Origin: Terriglobia bacterium
Lineage (GTDB): Bacteria; Acidobacteriota; Terriglobia; 2-12-FULL-54-10
DNA: 64,000 nucleotides
Direction of reading: 5' to 3'
NCBI GenBank assembly: GCA_963666975.2
Contig: CAXVYR010000004.1
Coordinates: 32,001-96,000, forward strand
Shown here: positions 60,858-64,000 of the stretch, piece after piece
Position numbering within the stretch: position 1 is the first letter of the stretch
How the letters are laid out: every line of letters starts with the position of its first letter
The notes under the pieces: model-generated
The model's input: only the letters and a program-made list of their open reading frames with translations
Told to the model about the DNA's origin: nothing
The model's database searches: none
Made by a program: the position numbers and the translations under genes

Positions 60858-61047
60858 GATTTACCCCCTCAGCTTATGTTCGCAGGTTAATCCCGAAGCT
60901 CCGAGCACAAAGTATACGCTCCCTCGTTATCGGTTCCATCTCTTTTCGCCTCTGTTTTCTCAACGGTCTTGCTCCGGACACCAATTGCTTTCCCCTTTCC
61001 CGTCGTGTAATCTCTTCCCATCATTTTTAATCAGGCGGGAGTAATCC

Positions 61048-61214
61048 GTGCCCATACCCATACGTGCCCGGCTTGGCTCATACGAGGTTCTCAGCCCGCT
61101 AGGTGCGGTGGTATGGGTGAGGTGTACAAAGCCAGAGATACTCGCCTGGACCGAACGGTTGCCATCGAAGACTTGCCCGAAGCGTTCTCCCGCGACTCGG
61201 ACCGCTTTGCGCGG
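61048..61214 (+). pseudogene. N-terminal remnant of a Hanks-type Ser/Thr kinase
   Basis: [32 protein letters not shown] with a 1-nt deletion in the Gly loop, truncated. Confidence 0.85.
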
Positions 61215-61269
61215 GTCCCTGTAGCAGCAATTGTAAGTCCATTCACGTAAATGGTCCTATAAAGTACTA

Positions 61270-61535
61270 AAGCTGGTCTCAAAAATACCTCAGCATGATT
61301 TTCATGCACCCGAGTCGGACCATCCCAAGAAATTGTCGATATGGTATTCGTAGCGCGTGACCAGTCGGCGAAACACTTGCAGCCAAGCGAAGAGCCGCTC
61401 GACGGTCCAGCGTCCATGCATGGCTTTGGTTTCGCCTCCAATCGCCAGACTTCCTTCAGTTTGCCTCGTCTCCCCCATCCTGCAACCCACTTTCCTTTCT
61501 TCCGGTTGCCAAAGAACCATTTTTGAGACCAGTTG
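61270..61535 (-). mobile_element. Internally deleted IS5-family element (MITE-like, 266 bp)
   Basis: Terminal IRs with perfect core CTGGTCTCAAAAAT, TA on both flanks, residual RWTVERLFAWLQVFRRLVTRYE. Confidence 0.85.
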
Positions 61536-61537
61536 TA

Positions 61538-61914
61538 GACCAGCAACCACGACCTCTGCTTGGGTCTTCCCTAGCAGGACTGGAAAGCCTTACGTGGTGA
61601 CTCTCGCTGGACCACATGCACGTCGGCGTCAGGGCACGGCTTCGCTTGCCCAAAGGCTTCGTGATACACTTCATTCTGCCACACCTTCGGTACTCGCATG
61701 GGCGAGGCTGGGGCTGATGCTTTTGATATTAAGCGACTGATGGGACATTCCAGCGTGACCGTTTCGCAACGTTATGTGCACCCGACCCCTGAGTCCAGGG
61801 AGAGGGCATTTTGAGCGACTACAGGTCCTTAATGAAACGACCACTGCAAGATTACTTGAAGGGGAAAAACGACAGTTACCCGCTACAGTTTCCGCTACAC
61901 CAACGGGCAGCTAG
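61538..61914 (+). pseudogene. C-terminal remnant of a tyrosine integrase
   Basis: Frameshifted WVFPSRTG...HTFGTRMGEAGADAFDIKRLMGHSSVTVSQRYVHP; ends just before the tRNA. Confidence 0.85.
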
Positions 61915-61929
61915 CATATAAGTCCTTCC

Positions 61930-62008
61930 GGGCCCATAGCTCAGCGGTTAGAGCAGCGGACTCATAATCCGTCGGTCCCAGGTTCGAATCCTGGTGGGCC
62001 GGGCACCA
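61930..62008 (+). tRNA. tRNA-Ile2 (CAT) with an aberrant 3' acceptor end, possibly a pseudo-tRNA
   Basis: Cloverleaf: GGGCCCA, GCTC/GAGC, GCGGA-CTCATAA-TCCGT, CCAGG-TTCGAAT-CCTGG; 3' end TGGGCC-GGG-CACCA. Confidence 0.8.
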
Positions 62009-62011
62009 ACC

Positions 62012-63523
62012 TGTACGTCGTCAGATAATGTTGGACACAGAGCATAAAAAGATAAGGTGGCGTTCAGGCTCCTCTGGGTTGATGTTAGGCTGCCCTTCTT
62101 TTGAAGTGCAACCGTTTTCTTAAGATCATAGTTTTCTCTTTGATGCGATCCCGTTTTTGCAGGATGGCACTGCCTTGGCCTGTAAAAACGTCATACGGTG
62201 TCAGGTTGTTCAGGCTTTCATGGTATCGGTTGGTGTTGTAGTGGTTGACGAAGGCATCGATCTGCCGCTCCAGCTCTTCTGGCAGGTAATAGTTGTTGAG
62301 CAGGATGCGGTCTTTCAGAGTTCGGTGCCAGCGTTCGATCTTGCCCTGCGTCATGGGGTGATAGGGCTTGCCGCGAGTATGCGGCACGCTGTTTTCTGCC
62401 AGCCATGATTGCAGTTCGGAAGAGACGTAGCACGGCCCGTTGTCGCTCAGGAGGCGAGGTCTGTGCCGGGCGCCCACGCGGTCGAGGCCGGTGGCTTGCA
62501 AAGCATCCCGCAACGTGGCCGAGACGTCACTTGCGCTCATGGTTTTGCACAGCCGCCAGGCGATGATATAGCGCGAGAAGTCGTCCAGCACCGTGGACAG
62601 GTAGAACCAGCCCCAACCGATGACTTTCAGGTAGGTGAAGTCGGTCTGCCAGAGCTGGTTGACCGCCGTGGTCGGGTTGGCGAACCGTTCCGCCGCTTTC
62701 AGGACAATAAAGGCTGGCGCGGTAATCAGGTCATGGCTTTTCAGGACGCGGTAAACCGTCGATTCAGAAAGGTAATACCGCCTTTCCTCGGTAAAACGCA
62801 CCGCCAGCTCGCGTGACGACAGATCGGGCTCGGCCAGGGCTAACGTCACCAACTGCTGAGTTATCTCCTCCGGCACCTTGTTCCAGACAGGGCCAGGATC
62901 GGGTTTTTTGTCTTCCAGCCCATCAAAGCCTTCCGACACATAGCGGTCGTACCAGTTGTAAAACGTCGATCTGGGAATGCCAACCTGCTGCAGCGTCCGG
63001 CGCACCCCCAGGGCAGATTGCTCCACCGTGCAGATGATCTCCAGCTTCTCCGAGGCAGGGTATCTCATGTATGTTCCTCCCCATCCCCGATCACGCTTTT
63101 TTTTAGCAGGCGATTTTCCAGCATAGCCTCGGCCAGGGCCTCTTTCAGCTGTACGGCCTGCTCCCGCAGAGTCTTGACTTCGCCACTGGTTGCCTCACGG
63201 TCTATGTCGCCCGCCAGCCGCTTGCGGCCAGCCTCCAGAAACTCCTTGCTCCAGCGGTAATACTGGTTCTGGTGCAGCCCCTCGCGGCGGCACAGCTCCG
63301 CGATGCTGTCCTCGCCGCGAAGTCCCTGCAATACAATGCGGATTTTGTCTTCCGGGCTGAACCTGCGCCGCGTCCTGCGTTTGATCTCCCGGACGGCCTT
63401 CTCGACCGCCCCCCTGTCGTCTTGTTTTTGTCTCATCTTCGTTCCTTTCAGTCTCTACGATGAGCCAAAAACATCACCTTAACTATTACCCTCTACCTGT
63501 CCAACAAGCCCTGACGGGGCACA
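62012..63523 (-). mobile_element. IS3-family insertion sequence, copy 2 (1512 bp)
   Basis: Same ends and identical translated ORFs as copy 1. Confidence 0.95.
62085..63436 (-). CDS. IS3-family transposase OrfAB (orfA 63065-63436, orfB 62085-63068)
   Basis: Proteins identical to copy 1. Confidence 0.93.
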
Positions 63524-63939
63524 ATGCCGCCGCCCCCATCAAAAATTCCTGTTACATGGATTGTCCCAGCATTGGGGAAACCTCCCGCAAGGGCTGCCGC
63601 ATCGTCCAAAAACGCCTTCGTTCCCCAAAAAGAATTGAGCAAAAAAGGAGAACCGCTTGTCGCGAACATCGTAATCGGCGAGGCGAGACTTCCGGCCTCT
63701 TCCGAAATGTAAACGGTGCTCCCGTCCATATTAGGTACGCACCCACCAAAGGCGCATAGGCCCGGGGTGTCAACGGTGTGAAAATGTCCCGAAGAAAAGG
63801 TGAAGCCCTCCGTCGTCAAGCTGGAAATTTCAGGGTTACCGAAACTAGCTACTGAATCGAATGTAATCGGATCGGCAATGGCAGGCACTGCCATCAGCAC
63901 TGCCACCATCCAGAGTAACAATCTGTACATGGCTACCAT
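63524..63939 (-). pseudogene. Secreted protein (PEP-CTERM-like N-terminus) truncated by the IS
   Basis: Signal peptide ending AVPAIA-DPITFD, Ser/Thr/Gly/Phe-rich; frame runs into the IS end. Confidence 0.6.
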
Positions 63940-64000
63940 CCCTATTGTGTAAAGACGAAATAATCCCTACTGGTCCATAGGCAATTAGCAGACCACTGCT

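Overview
GC-rich bacterial chromosomal window, most likely Acidobacteriota (inferred from gene style, repeats and the lysS-lolC-lolD-clpC-bamA order). Housekeeping content: a dcw cluster (mraZ to ftsZ, lacking murD and ddl), ilvC-ilvB-ACT, ilvA, pdp, pgpA, a boxB/ferredoxin/BzdR-type regulator module, pcm, moeB, lipA, two aldolases plus an alcohol dehydrogenase, tandem thyX, rpmE, a broken ric, and lysS-lolC-lolD-clpC-bamA. The right end is a decayed mobile-element region: two 1512-bp IS3-family copies, IS4, IS5-MITE, integrase and kinase remnants, and a tRNA-Ile(CAT) with an altered 3' end. Best novel candidate: a Cys/His-rich, RAPP-terminated small ORF (934-1311) upstream of a putative metal-uptake outer-membrane protein, suggesting a metal-sensing ribosome-arrest leader. 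Also notable: a lone HEPN gene next to ftsZ, ATGA-coupled mini-ORF relays before murB and ftsQ, structured leaders before ilvC and ilvA sharing a motif, and a 24-bp repeat nested in itself inside a REP. All assignments come from reading the sequence; no searches were run.
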